A stretch of 64,000 nucleotides of DNA from Clostridia bacterium. GTDB taxonomy: Bacteria > Bacillota > Clostridia > Christensenellales > Borkfalkiaceae. This document shows positions 1-9,900 of this stretch, piece by piece; within the stretch, counting starts at the first letter, position 1; each line of letters opens with the position of its first letter. Under the pieces are notes generated by a model, which was not told where the DNA came from, searched no databases, and worked only from the letters and a program-made list of their open reading frames with translations. The DNA lies in NCBI GenBank assembly GCA_029066845.1, contig JAIEFR010000017.1:56805-120804 (forward strand), written 5' to 3'. The translations under genes and the position numbers were made by a program.

Positions 1-722
1 CCTATGCCCATACCGCTGCTTGCAAACTTCATCATCAGATCCCAGTTTTCCACCTCTATGTCGGGGTGAAGCTGTATGCCGAGCGTCTGCGTGTACGCGG
101 ACAGTGCGCGGCGCGCGATTGTGTTGCTTTCTATCATCAGAAGCGGATAGCCCTGCAAGTCCGCAAGGTTGACCTTTTTGCCTTTCAAATGTTCGAATTT
201 TCCGCCCGCGACGAACACGTCCGAAAGGTGCGCTACCGTACCCGTGAAGTTGACGTCCTTGTCGTCAACGGGCAGATTTATAAAGCCGACGTCGCACTTG
301 CCCTCTTTGAGCTGTTCCAGCGTTTCGGGCGTAGTACCCGTTAAAAGCTCGAACTTTACCGCGGGATATTTGGCGTTGTAAGCCACGATTTTATCGGCGA
401 GTATATGCGAAAAAATCGCGTCGGTTGCGCCCACCCTTATGGTGCCCGTCGCGGTGGTTTTAAGCTCTAAAAGCTTGCTTTCGGCGTCGTCCAAAAGTCT
501 TAGCGCTTCCTCCACCTGTTTGAATATAAGCTTGCCTCCCTGCGTGGAAAGCTCCATTCCCATATGGGTGCGGTTGAACAGAGTCGTGCCGAGCTGGTTT
601 TCAAGCTGTTTTATCGCCTGCGAAACGGCTGGCTGGGAGATGAAAAGCTCCTCCGCCGCGCGCGTAGAACTGCCGAATTTTGCAACGGTATAAAACACCC
701 TGTACAATTCGAGATTAACCAT
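1..722 (-). CDS. LysR-family transcriptional regulator (partial; C-terminus runs off the window start)
   Basis: Absent from the ORF track because it has no stop inside the window. Reverse-strand translation from ATG at 722-720 gives MVNLELYRVFYTVAKFGSSTRAAEELFISQPAVSQAIKQLENQLG..., a canonical LysR wHTH, followed by a substrate-binding-like region. AAGGAG lies 9 nt upstream. Confidence 0.8.
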   Translation of the reverse strand, partial: MVNLELYRVFYTVAKFGSSTRAAEELFISQPAVSQAIKQLENQLGTTLFNRTHMGMELSTQGGKLIFKQVEEALRLLDDAESKLLELKTTATGTIRVGATDAIFSHILADKIVAYNAKYPAVKFELLTGTTPETLEQLKEGKCDVGFINLPVDDKDVNFTGTVAHLSDVFVAGGKFEHLKGKKVNLADLQGYPLLMIESNTIARRALSAYTQTLGIQLHPDIEVENWDLMMKFASSGMGI

Positions 723-735
723 ATTGTCACACTCC

Positions 736-2052
736 TTATTTGCCCACGCAGAATTTTGCGAAAACCGTGTTTATAATTTCCTCGTCAGCGGTCTCGCCAG
801 TGATTTCGCCGAGTATGCGCCAGCCCTCCCTTATGTCAAGAGAGATTATATCCAAAGGAAAATCGTTCATTCCCGCAACCGCCGCGGCAAGCTTTTCCCT
901 TGCGCGCTTCAATGCGGAATAATGTCTTTCTTCAATGACGTAGGCGTTGTCCAGCGACCTGCCGCCCGTCGCCTTAGCCGCGAGCTTTGATTTCAAATCT
1001 TCCAGTCCCGCGCCCGTGAGCGAGGATATTGCAACGTCGTAACCTCCGAACGGCTTGCTACCGTCCGCCTTGGAAAACACCTTTAAAAGCCTGTCCTTTT
1101 CCACTCCGTCCGCCGCGGAAAAGTCGGCGCAGTCCGAAACGCACACCACCACGTCGGCAGTGTTGACGGCGCGTTTTGCGCGCTCTATTCCTATGCTTTC
1201 TATGTCGCCCGCCTGCTCCCTTATGCCCGCCGTATCGGTGAGGTGATACTTTACGCCGTCAATTATTATTGTGCCCTCCACCGCGTCGCGCGTGGTGCCC
1301 GCAACGGGCGAAACGATTGCTTTATCGTAACCAAGAAGGGCGTTCAGTAGGGACGACTTGCCGACGTTGGGTGCGCCGCAAATTGCCACCGAAACGCCGC
1401 TTTTTATGAGTTTACCCCCCGAATATGCCGCAATCAAGCCGTCCAGAGAGCGACAAATCGCCTGTAAATCGGTTGAAAGCGAGGCAAGCTCGCACTTGTC
1501 TATATCCTCCTCGGGATAGTCGGTGTCGGCGGCGATGCCCGCCAGAATATCCGTGAGCGAGGACTGAATTTTTTTGACCTCGCCGGTCAGCTTTTCGGAG
1601 TACAGCAGACCACCCGCGCGCACCTCGGCAAGGCTTTCGGCGTTAATCATATCTATAACGCCCTCCGCCGACGAAAGCGAAAGTTTGCCGTTTATGAACG
1701 CGCGTTTTGTAAACTCGCCGCGCTCTGCAGACCGTGCGCCCGCAGCCAGCGTTGCCTTTAAAACGCCGCGCGCAATTTCCGTGCCGCCGTGGCAGTGGAA
1801 CTCCACGACGTCCTCCCCCGTATAGCTTTTGGGGGCTTTGAAATACACGCACATTCCGTAATCGGAAAAGCCGTCGCAGAGAATTTTTCCCGTGTACATA
1901 TAATTGGGCGCAAAGTCTTTAACCGCCGTTTTGCCCGACGGCGAAAACATTTTTTCGGCAAGACGAAGCGCGCCTTCACCGCTCACCCTAACTATTGCCA
2001 CGCCGCCCACTCCCGACGGCGTGCTTATTGCCGAAATCAAAACCTCTGTCAT
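736..2052 (-). CDS. mnmE: tRNA modification GTPase MnmE (TrmE)
   Basis: 438 aa. N-terminal VGGVAIVRVSG, G-domain GAPNVGKSSLLNAL and DTAG, C-terminal FCVGK tail typical of MnmE. Confidence 0.95.
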   Translation of the reverse strand: MTEVLISAISTPSGVGGVAIVRVSGEGALRLAEKMFSPSGKTAVKDFAPNYMYTGKILCDGFSDYGMCVYFKAPKSYTGEDVVEFHCHGGTEIARGVLKATLAAGARSAERGEFTKRAFINGKLSLSSAEGVIDMINAESLAEVRAGGLLYSEKLTGEVKKIQSSLTDILAGIAADTDYPEEDIDKCELASLSTDLQAICRSLDGLIAAYSGGKLIKSGVSVAICGAPNVGKSSLLNALLGYDKAIVSPVAGTTRDAVEGTIIIDGVKYHLTDTAGIREQAGDIESIGIERAKRAVNTADVVVCVSDCADFSAADGVEKDRLLKVFSKADGSKPFGGYDVAISSLTGAGLEDLKSKLAAKATGGRSLDNAYVIEERHYSALKRAREKLAAAVAGMNDFPLDIISLDIREGWRILGEITGETADEEIINTVFAKFCVGK

Positions 2053-2124
2053 ATTTTAAATGCGATTTTCCATAAAAATTTCTTATACCCCGATTATAGC
2101 ACGCCGCATAAAAATTTGCAATAC

Positions 2125-2152
2125 AAAAGCGGGAATTTGCACTCCCGCTTTT
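2125..2152 (-). terminator. Rho-independent terminator hairpin downstream of the 2165-3085 gene
   Basis: agcggga-N8-tcccgct stem flanked by an A-run and a T-run. On the minus strand it is followed by TTTTG. Confidence 0.55.
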
Positions 2153-2164
2153 CAAAATTTTATT

Positions 2165-3085
2165 TCAGTTTTTCAAATCGTCAAAGGGGTCTGCGCTACC
2201 GCCTTCGTTGCCGCTCTCGGACGAACCGCCCGAGGCTCCCAGTCCGCCGAAAGGGTCTTCGGGAGGCGTGTTCTGTCTCTGCTGTGCGTAGGGGTCGGTA
2301 TTGCCTCCGTAATAGCTGCCGCCCTGTCCGTAAGGACCGCCGGGACCGAACTGTCCGCCCTGGCTGTTGCGCATATAATCCTGATACATACGGTACTGCC
2401 TCTGCCGCTGTTCCCTGACGTATTCGGCGTAATTCTGTCCTTTGTTGTTTCTTACTGCGAACATAACGATGCCCGTCACGGGGAAGATTACGCACAGTAT
2501 GGAGAACAGCAGATACCTCGACGAAGCGTAGGTGCGGAAGAAGGTTATGAGCAGGAACACGTTCAAAATGATTAAGGCAAGCTGTACCCAGTACATTATA
2601 TAGTCCTGCAAATGGCTTAACACCCACCACGCCCAGTCCAGATTTTCGGGCAGGTTGACGGGGTTGTAGTTGCCGTTGGGTATTTCCATCGTCGTGCCGC
2701 CCGCCAGCACGAAAGTGCCGTATTCGGGCGCGGCGTATCCGCCCTTGAAAATCAAAAATTTTGCCACGTAGTAGAGTATGCCCAGCGCGACGTACGCCGT
2801 TTCCACAAGAGCCGCCGCAAGCGAAATATACTGAGGCTTTGCGCCGTAGATTTTATTCTTATCCGACACCACGCCCACGTAGTAGGTATTGATTAGCGGA
2901 ACGAACGCCATCCAGCTGTTCTTGTAGCCCTCCCTCTTTGCAATCGTGTAAAGCGCAACCGCCTTGAACACGTAGAGGATTGCGAACACAAGCCCCGCTA
3001 TGAGCAGATACGCCCACATATATTGCTTGTAGACGTCGGTGAAAAACAGTAATTCGGCAAGGTCCGCCGTTTCGAAAAATTCCAT
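2165..3085 (-). CDS. Multi-pass membrane protein with Gly/Gln/Tyr-rich C-terminal tail, function unknown
   Basis: 306-aa ORF with several hydrophobic segments and a low-complexity tail (QGGQFGPGGPYGQGGSYYGGN...). No family recognised. Confidence 0.65.
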   Translation of the reverse strand: MEFFETADLAELLFFTDVYKQYMWAYLLIAGLVFAILYVFKAVALYTIAKREGYKNSWMAFVPLINTYYVGVVSDKNKIYGAKPQYISLAAALVETAYVALGILYYVAKFLIFKGGYAAPEYGTFVLAGGTTMEIPNGNYNPVNLPENLDWAWWVLSHLQDYIMYWVQLALIILNVFLLITFFRTYASSRYLLFSILCVIFPVTGIVMFAVRNNKGQNYAEYVREQRQRQYRMYQDYMRNSQGGQFGPGGPYGQGGSYYGGNTDPYAQQRQNTPPEDPFGGLGASGGSSESGNEGGSADPFDDLKN

Positions 3086-3167
3086 AAAAACCTCTCTTGG
3101 GTTTACTTCTCTATTTTATTCGCCGTGTGTATAAAGATTAAAACGGTTGTGTGAAAAGCGCGTGAAA

Positions 3168-3920
3168 TTAAAGACCGAACAAATCCGTGCCGTAATCGAC
3201 GCTCTTTAAAACCAGCCCCTTGGCGGGCATAGTCTTGCCCACGCGGTTGCGGTCGCATTCGTTCAGCGAGGCGAGAATATCTTCCGCGCCAAGCTTGCCC
3301 GAAGAATACCACAGCACCGTGCCGACGAGGGTGCGTACCATATTGTACAGAAATCCGTTGCCGCACACCTCTATTTTTACAAAGCCACCCTCGGAAATCA
3401 CGTCTACGGAGTACACCGTCCTAACCGTCGTTTTGACCTGCGAGCCGCTTGCGCAGTAAGCCGCAAAGTCGTGCTCGCCCGTAAAGTACGCGGCGGCCTC
3501 TTTCATCTTATTTATGTCCGCTTTTCCCTTAATCCAAACGGCGAACCTGTCGCAAAGCGGATTGCGGCGCGGCGCAAAGTACATATTGTAGCAATAGGTC
3601 TTTTTCTTTGCCGAACGGTTGGCGTCGAACCCGTCGGGCGCGACAGCCGATTGCAGTACGCTTACGTCCTGCGGCAGACGGCAGTTGAGCGCGTCGGCAA
3701 GCTTTTCGCCCGCAATATCCGCCGACAAATCGACGTGGCAGACCTGATTTAAGGCGTGCACGCCCGCGTCCGTTCTGCCGCTTGCGGTGACGACAGCCCA
3801 TTCGCCGAACGCTTTATATACGGCTTCGTTAAGCTCCCCCTGCACCGTGCGCCCATTGCTTTGCACCTGCCAGCCGTTGAAATGCGTGCCGTCGTAGGCA
3901 ACCGAAAGAACATACCTCAC
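3168..3920 (-). CDS. truA: tRNA pseudouridine(38-40) synthase TruA
   Basis: The C-terminal 250 aa of the 484-aa track ORF read RYVLSVAYDGTHFNGWQVQ...GRTDAGVHA...FLYNMVR, which are TruA motifs. An in-frame GTG at 3920 overlaps the ecfT stop (GTGA). The upstream Arg-rich extension overlaps ecfT and is not credible. Confidence 0.9.
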   Translation of the reverse strand: MRYVLSVAYDGTHFNGWQVQSNGRTVQGELNEAVYKAFGEWAVVTASGRTDAGVHALNQVCHVDLSADIAGEKLADALNCRLPQDVSVLQSAVAPDGFDANRSAKKKTYCYNMYFAPRRNPLCDRFAVWIKGKADINKMKEAAAYFTGEHDFAAYCASGSQVKTTVRTVYSVDVISEGGFVKIEVCGNGFLYNMVRTLVGTVLWYSSGKLGAEDILASLNECDRNRVGKTMPAKGLVLKSVDYGTDLFGL

Positions 3921-4762
3921 GATATCACCAGATACTGATAGATTTGCGGATAGATGCGATAGCCGTAAATATTGAAAAGAATTACGCCGGCTATCATTAT
4001 CGCCGCGAATATAGCCGCAACTATATCGCGCCCAGTAAATTTCAGCTTCTTGTATTTGGTGCGCTTTTTGCCGCTGGAATAGCAGCGGACGTCCATTGCG
4101 TCGCCCAGCTCCTCCGCCCTGCGGAACGCGCTGATTAAAAGGGGAATAAGCACGGGCACGATTGCCTTTACGCGCTTGAATATGTTGCCCGTATCGAAGC
4201 TTGCGCCCCTTGCCTTCTGCGCGGAAATTATGCGGTTTGTTTCGTCCATAAGCGTGGGGATAAACCTGAGCGCGATGGACATTATCAGCGCGAGAACGTG
4301 CACGGGAATTTTGATTAAAGTGAGCGGAAACAGCAGACTTTCCAGTCCGTCGGTAAGGTTGACGGGCGTTGTCGTAAGCGTTAAGAGAGCCGAGCCCATA
4401 ACCAGGAAAAACAGTCGGAAGGTAAGAAAGACCGCGAATATTATGCCCTCTAAATAGATATGAATGAACCGCCACTCCCACAAAAGGTTTTCGCCGCCGT
4501 GGAAGAAAATGTTGAGAAGCGACGTGAACGCGAGTATGAAAATTACGCCTTTGACGGAGCGCAGCACCGACCCGACGGGCACGCGCGCGGCTATAGTTGC
4601 GATGACCAGAATCAAGCCGCACAGCGCAAGTCCGTAGAACGATTTTGCGACGAAAAGCATCACGATATACGCGATTAAAAACAGCAGTTTTACACGGGGG
4701 TCGAGCCTGTGCACGAACGATTTTGTGGGATAGTACTGCCCGAAGGTTACGTCGTTAAGCAT
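3917..4762 (-). CDS. ecfT: ECF transporter transmembrane component EcfT
   Basis: 281 aa. N-terminal FGQYYPTKSFVHRLDPRVKLLFL and ARGASF/coupling-helix region typical of EcfT. Lies in the ecfA-ecfT-truA order. Confidence 0.9.
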   Translation of the reverse strand: MLNDVTFGQYYPTKSFVHRLDPRVKLLFLIAYIVMLFVAKSFYGLALCGLILVIATIAARVPVGSVLRSVKGVIFILAFTSLLNIFFHGGENLLWEWRFIHIYLEGIIFAVFLTFRLFFLVMGSALLTLTTTPVNLTDGLESLLFPLTLIKIPVHVLALIMSIALRFIPTLMDETNRIISAQKARGASFDTGNIFKRVKAIVPVLIPLLISAFRRAEELGDAMDVRCYSSGKKRTKYKKLKFTGRDIVAAIFAAIMIAGVILFNIYGYRIYPQIYQYLVIS

Positions 4763-6644
4763 TGCCGCCTCCCCCGAGCGCGGATATTACCGCCGCGGCA
4801 AAATCGCGCGACGTAAAATCACACTCCAAATCCAGCCCCAATGCGGAAAGATTGGCACATATCTTGGCGGTAACTGGCACGTCCAGCCCCAAAGCCTGCA
4901 ATTCCTCCGCTCTCTTGAACAAGCCCGCGGGCTTGTCGCAGGCGACGATTTGTCCGTTGGAAACGACACACGCACGCGTGCAGTTTTCGGCAATTTCGTC
5001 CATATCGTGGGATACGATTATGACCGTCTTGCACCAGTCGCCGTGGAGCGAATGAAGCAGCTTCATAATCTCCCTTTTGCCGAGAGGGTCCAGCCCCGCC
5101 GCGGGTTCGTCCAGCACTAAAATTTTGGGCTTGGTCACTATCACGCCCGCAATGGCGACGCGCCTTTTCTGACCGCCAGACAAATCGAAAGGCGACTTGT
5201 CCTGCACCTCGTCGTAGTTCAAGCCGACCGCTTCCAGACTCTCTTTAACAGCCTGTGCAACCTCCTCCTTGGAAAGCCCGGGACGGAAATTTTTCAAGCC
5301 GAAAGCGACGTCCGCAAACACGGTTTCGGCAAACAGCTGATACTCGGGATACTGAAAGACCATACCCACGTCAGCACGCAGATTGCGCCAGTCGCACTTC
5401 CTTTTGGAAAGGTCGTACTTGCCTATCACAAGCGAGCTTTCGGGCGGAGGCGTCTGCCCCTTTTTCACCCTGGGTTTTCTATAATGCTTCTGCGCCTGCG
5501 GCAGTTTGATGAGCGCGTTGAGGTGCTGCACGAGCGTGGACTTGCCGCTGCCCGTGTGACCTATAATTCCGAAAAATTCGCCCTCCGATATATGAAGGTT
5601 TACGCCCTTTAAAGCCTGTGTTGCAAAGGGCGATTTCGCCGAATACGTGTAAGTTAAATTGCTTATATCAATATCCCACTCGCGCGCTTGCTGTCCGTCG
5701 GGCGCGTCGTCCGTTTGTGCGGACGGGCGGGGATTAAAGCCGCGTTTATCCGCCTGCTTTTTAAGCTCGGCGGCAAGCTCCTCGGGTCGCAGACAGGTGG
5801 GAATATCTATGTCCGCAGCCTTGATTTTATTGCATATTTCGCCTATCTCGGGCAGGCACAGATTGTAGGTTTCAAGCTGCTCGCCGCGCTCGAAAATTTC
5901 CTGCGGTGCTCCGCAGGCGACAATCTCTCCCCTGTTCATAATAACCGCGCGGTCGGCAAGCAGAGCTTCCTCCATAAAGTGCGTGATTAAAATGACGGTC
6001 ATACCCTCTTCCTTGTTCAGGCGTGCGGCGACCTCCGTTACTTCCTTTCTGCCGCGCGGGTCAAGCATTGCCGTGCTTTCGTCCAGAATTAAAACGTCGG
6101 GCTTGATTGCAAGCACGCCCGCAACCGCGATGCGCTGTTTCTGTCCGCCCGAAAGTCTTGTCGGGGTGGAATGTCTGTATTCTTCCATACCGACGGCGGC
6201 AAGCGCCCAGCTTATTCTTTCGCCTATTTCCTCGCGCGGAACGCCCAGATTTTCGGGGCCGAAAGCGACGTCGTCCTCCACTATGGAAGCCACCATCTGG
6301 TTGTCGGGATTCTGGAAAACCACGCCCGCGTGGGCGCGCACTTCGCCGAGCTGGTCCTTATCGGCAGGGTCGTAGCCCCACACTTTTATACTGCCCGTAT
6401 CGGCGGTTAAAAGTCCGCAGATAAGCCTTGCAAGCGTGGACTTGCCGCTTCCGTTGTGACCGAGCACGGCAAGAAATTCGCCGCGCTTAACTTCCAGCGT
6501 GACGTCGTTTACCGCGTTGGGCTGCCCGTCGGCATAAGAAAAGCCGACCCTGTCCATCTTAACGGCAAAATCGGGGAGCGCGGCAGTCGCGCCCTCCGTT
6601 ACGTTATCTCCGCCGTTTTCGACCTTAGTAGTCAGCTCTTCCAT
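4755..6644 (-). CDS. Fused ECF transporter ATPase (EcfA1-EcfA2 in one polypeptide)
   Basis: 629 aa with two full ABC modules: Walker A GHNGSGKST and GHTGSGKST, signatures LSGGQKQR and LSGGQKRR, two Walker B (LILDEST, LVLDEPAA). Overlaps ecfT by 8 nt. Confidence 0.85.
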   Translation of the reverse strand: MEELTTKVENGGDNVTEGATAALPDFAVKMDRVGFSYADGQPNAVNDVTLEVKRGEFLAVLGHNGSGKSTLARLICGLLTADTGSIKVWGYDPADKDQLGEVRAHAGVVFQNPDNQMVASIVEDDVAFGPENLGVPREEIGERISWALAAVGMEEYRHSTPTRLSGGQKQRIAVAGVLAIKPDVLILDESTAMLDPRGRKEVTEVAARLNKEEGMTVILITHFMEEALLADRAVIMNRGEIVACGAPQEIFERGEQLETYNLCLPEIGEICNKIKAADIDIPTCLRPEELAAELKKQADKRGFNPRPSAQTDDAPDGQQAREWDIDISNLTYTYSAKSPFATQALKGVNLHISEGEFFGIIGHTGSGKSTLVQHLNALIKLPQAQKHYRKPRVKKGQTPPPESSLVIGKYDLSKRKCDWRNLRADVGMVFQYPEYQLFAETVFADVAFGLKNFRPGLSKEEVAQAVKESLEAVGLNYDEVQDKSPFDLSGGQKRRVAIAGVIVTKPKILVLDEPAAGLDPLGKREIMKLLHSLHGDWCKTVIIVSHDMDEIAENCTRACVVSNGQIVACDKPAGLFKRAEELQALGLDVPVTAKICANLSALGLDLECDFTSRDFAAAVISALGGGGNA

Positions 6645-6807
6645 AAAAGCACCTTAAAATGTCGATAATGCCCGCAAGCATTTCCTAAAAATTATAGCAA
6701 ATGCGCGAAAAATTAACAAGGTTTTTAAAGTGAATTTGACGAAAGAATTATAAAATTTTTTTCACATTATATCTTTAAAAAATTTATTACAAAACACAAA
6801 ACGCATA

Positions 6808-6836
6808 TTGACATTTTATGGTTATCGGTTTATAAT
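6808..6836 (+). promoter_or_regulatory. Consensus sigma-A type promoter for the PFOR gene
   Basis: TTGACA (6808-6813), 17-nt spacer, TATAAT (6831-6836), in an AT-rich 268-bp intergenic region. Confidence 0.55.
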
Positions 6837-6841
6837 TGTAT

Positions 6842-6862
6842 AGGTGTATGTAATATACACCT
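6842..6862 (+). promoter_or_regulatory. Perfect 8-bp inverted repeat just downstream of the -10 box (operator or 5' stem-loop)
   Basis: aggtgtat-gtaat-atacacct starting 6 nt after TATAAT. Confidence 0.35.
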
Positions 6863-6912
6863 TATTATAATAAGATAAAAAAATTAAAAAACATATTACG
6901 GAGGTTTTTTGA

Positions 6913-9900
6913 ATGAAAAAATTGACTATCGACGGTAATACCGCCGCCAGCCACGTTGCCTACGCTTTTTCGGAAGTAGCGGCGATTTACCCCATCACCC
7001 CCTCCTCGCCTATGGCAGAGGTTGCGGACGAATGGGCAACCGCAGGCAGAACCAATATGTGGGGTCAGAAAGTTAAGATTGCAGAAATGCAGTCCGAGGG
7101 CGGCGCTGCCGGTGCCGTGCACGGTTCGCTTTGCGCGGGCGCGTTGACTTCTACCTACACCGCATCGCAGGGACTTTTACTGATGATTCCCAATATGTAC
7201 AAGATTTCCGGCGAGCTTATGCCTATGGTTATGCACGTTTCGGCGCGCGCACTTGCGGCTCACTCTTTGAACATCTTCGGCGACCACGCCGACGTTATGG
7301 CTTGCCGCCAGACCGGTTTTGCAATGCTTTGCGACGGTTCCGTTCAGGAAGTTATGGACCTTGCTCTGGTTGCTCACCTTTCCACGCTGAAGACCAAGGT
7401 TCCCTTCATCAACTTCTTCGACGGTTTCAGAACCTCCCACGAGGTTGCTAAGATCGATGTTTGGGACGACGCTGACGACTATGCCGAAATCCGCGCTATC
7501 TGCGACCAGGTAGGCATTGCAGCCGACATAGCTGACTTCAAGAGCCGCTCGCTCAACCCCGAGCATCCCATTCAGAAGGGTACCGCGCAGAACGGTGATA
7601 CATACTTCCAGAACAGAGAGACCGCAAACAGCTACTACGCTGCGGCTCCCGCTATTGTTCAGAAGATGATGGACGTCGTATCGGCTAAGTGCGGCAGAAA
7701 ATATCACCTGTTCGACTACGTGGGCGACCCCAAGGCTACCGAAGTTATCGTTGCTATGGGTTCGGGCTGCGAAACAATCGAAGAGTCCATCAACAAGCTC
7801 AACGCACAGGGCAAGAAGTACGGTCTTATCAAAGTCCGCCTTTACAGACCTTTCGTTGCGGACGCGTTCGTTGCGGCTATTCCCAAGACCTGCAAGAAGA
7901 TTGCGGTACTCGACAGAACCAAGGAGCCCGGCTCCCTCGGCGAGCCCCTCTACCTCGACGTTTGCTCGGCTATCCTCGAAAAGGGCGTCGGCGGCGTGAA
8001 GGTCGTTGGCGGCAGATACGGCTTAGGCTCCAAGGAATTCACCCCTTCGATGGTCAAGGCTGTATATAAGAACCTTGAACAGAAAGAGCCCAAGAACCAC
8101 TTCACCATCGGTATTTACGAGGACGTTACCAACAGCTCGCTCGACTTCTCCGAGAAGTTCGACGCTGCTCCCGCAGGTTCTACCTCCTGCAAATTCTACG
8201 GTCTCGGCTCCGACGGTACTGTTGGCGCAAACAAGAACTCCATTAAGATTATCGGCGACCACACGGACAAGCACGCTCAGGCGTACTTCTTCTACGATTC
8301 CAAGAAATCGGGCGGCATCACCGTATCCCACCTCCGTTTCGGCGATACGCCTATACAGAGCGAATACCTCATCGACAGCGCGGACTTCGTTCAGTGCTCC
8401 AACCCTTCCTACGTTACCCGTTACGATATGACGAGCGACATCAAGGTAGGCGGCACGTTGCTTATCAACACCTCCGCTACCACGGTTGAGGCTCTGGAAT
8501 CTTTCCTTCCCGCAAAGGTTAAGCAGGACATCGCAAAGAAGAAAATCAATCTTTATGTTATCGACGCTATCAAGATTGCGGGCGAGCTCGGACTGAAGGG
8601 CAGAACGAACACCATTCTGCAGTCCGCATTCTTCCGCGTTAATCCCCAGATTATGCCCTACGAGCAGGCTGTAGAATATATGAAGTATATGGCTAAGAAG
8701 TCGTTCGGCAGAAAGGGTGACGCAGTCGTTCAGATGAACTACAACGCTATCGATTCCGCTTCCGGCGACAACCTTGTAAAAATCGACGTTCCCGCGGCTT
8801 GGGCTAACGCAACCACGGGCGCAGAGATGATTAAGGGCCACGCGGACAAATATTATCAGGAAATCATTAAGCCTATCCTCTACCTCGAAGGCGACAAGCT
8901 GAAGAGCTCGCAGTTCAATGCAGACGGACACGTTCCCACCGGTACGACCAAGTTCGAAAAGCGCGGCGTTGCGGTTACCGTACCCGAAATCGACCTTGCA
9001 AAGTGTATCCAGTGCGGTACCTGCTCCTTCGTTTGCCCTCACGCTTGCTTGAGACCCGCTCTCGTTAAGACCGGCGAGGCTAAGCCCGCTACCCTTGAAA
9101 CCAAGGCTGCTACCGGTCTTGCAGGTTACGAGTACAGAATGCAGGTATCCCCCCTCGACTGTATGGGTTGCGGCGTGTGCGCAACTGTCTGCCCCGTAAA
9201 GGACGGCGGCGCAATCAAGATGATTCCTCTTGCAGATTCGCTTGCTAAGGGCGAAGCTGAAAACTGGGAATACGCTGTTGAGCTTCCTCCCGTTGACACC
9301 TCCAAGTTCAAGAAGGAAACCGTTAAGGGCTGCCAGTTCTGCACTCCTCTGTTCGAGTTCTCGGGCGCGTGCGCAGGCTGCGGCGAAACTCCTTACGTAA
9401 AGGTTATCACCCAGCTCTTCGGCGAAGATATGATTATTGCAAACGCTACGGGTTGCTCCTCCATTTACGGCGGCTCTTCCCCTACGTGCCCCTACACCAC
9501 CACTAAGGAAGGCAGAGGTCCCGCTTGGGCGAACAGCTTGTTCGAGGACAACGCGGAATTCGGTTACGGTATGAACCTTGCTTACACCGCAAGAAGAAAC
9601 GCCGTAAAGGCTAAGGTTGAAAAGCTTGCTACGCTTTGGAACGGCGAAGGCGCTAAGGTTTGCGCGGCTTACCTTAAGGCGTTCGAGGACAGAGAAGCAA
9701 GCAAGAAGGCTAGCGCAGAGCTTGTAAAGGCTTTGGAAGGCTGCCACAACTGCGGCTGCGAGGCTGACGCTCTCGTTAAGGAAATTCTCGATGCTAAGGA
9801 TTGCCTTGCAAAGAAATCCATCTGGATCTTCGGCGGCGACGGCTGGGCATACGACATCGGTTACGGCGGTCTTGACCACGTACTTGCAAGCGGCGAGGAC

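Noticed and set aside
3921-4622. N-terminal 234-aa extension of the 484-aa truA track ORF, which could be taken for a fusion protein
   Set aside because: The extension is extremely Arg-rich, overlaps ecfT in another frame and has no similarity to anything. A GTG at 3920 overlapping the ecfT stop gives a normal-length TruA.
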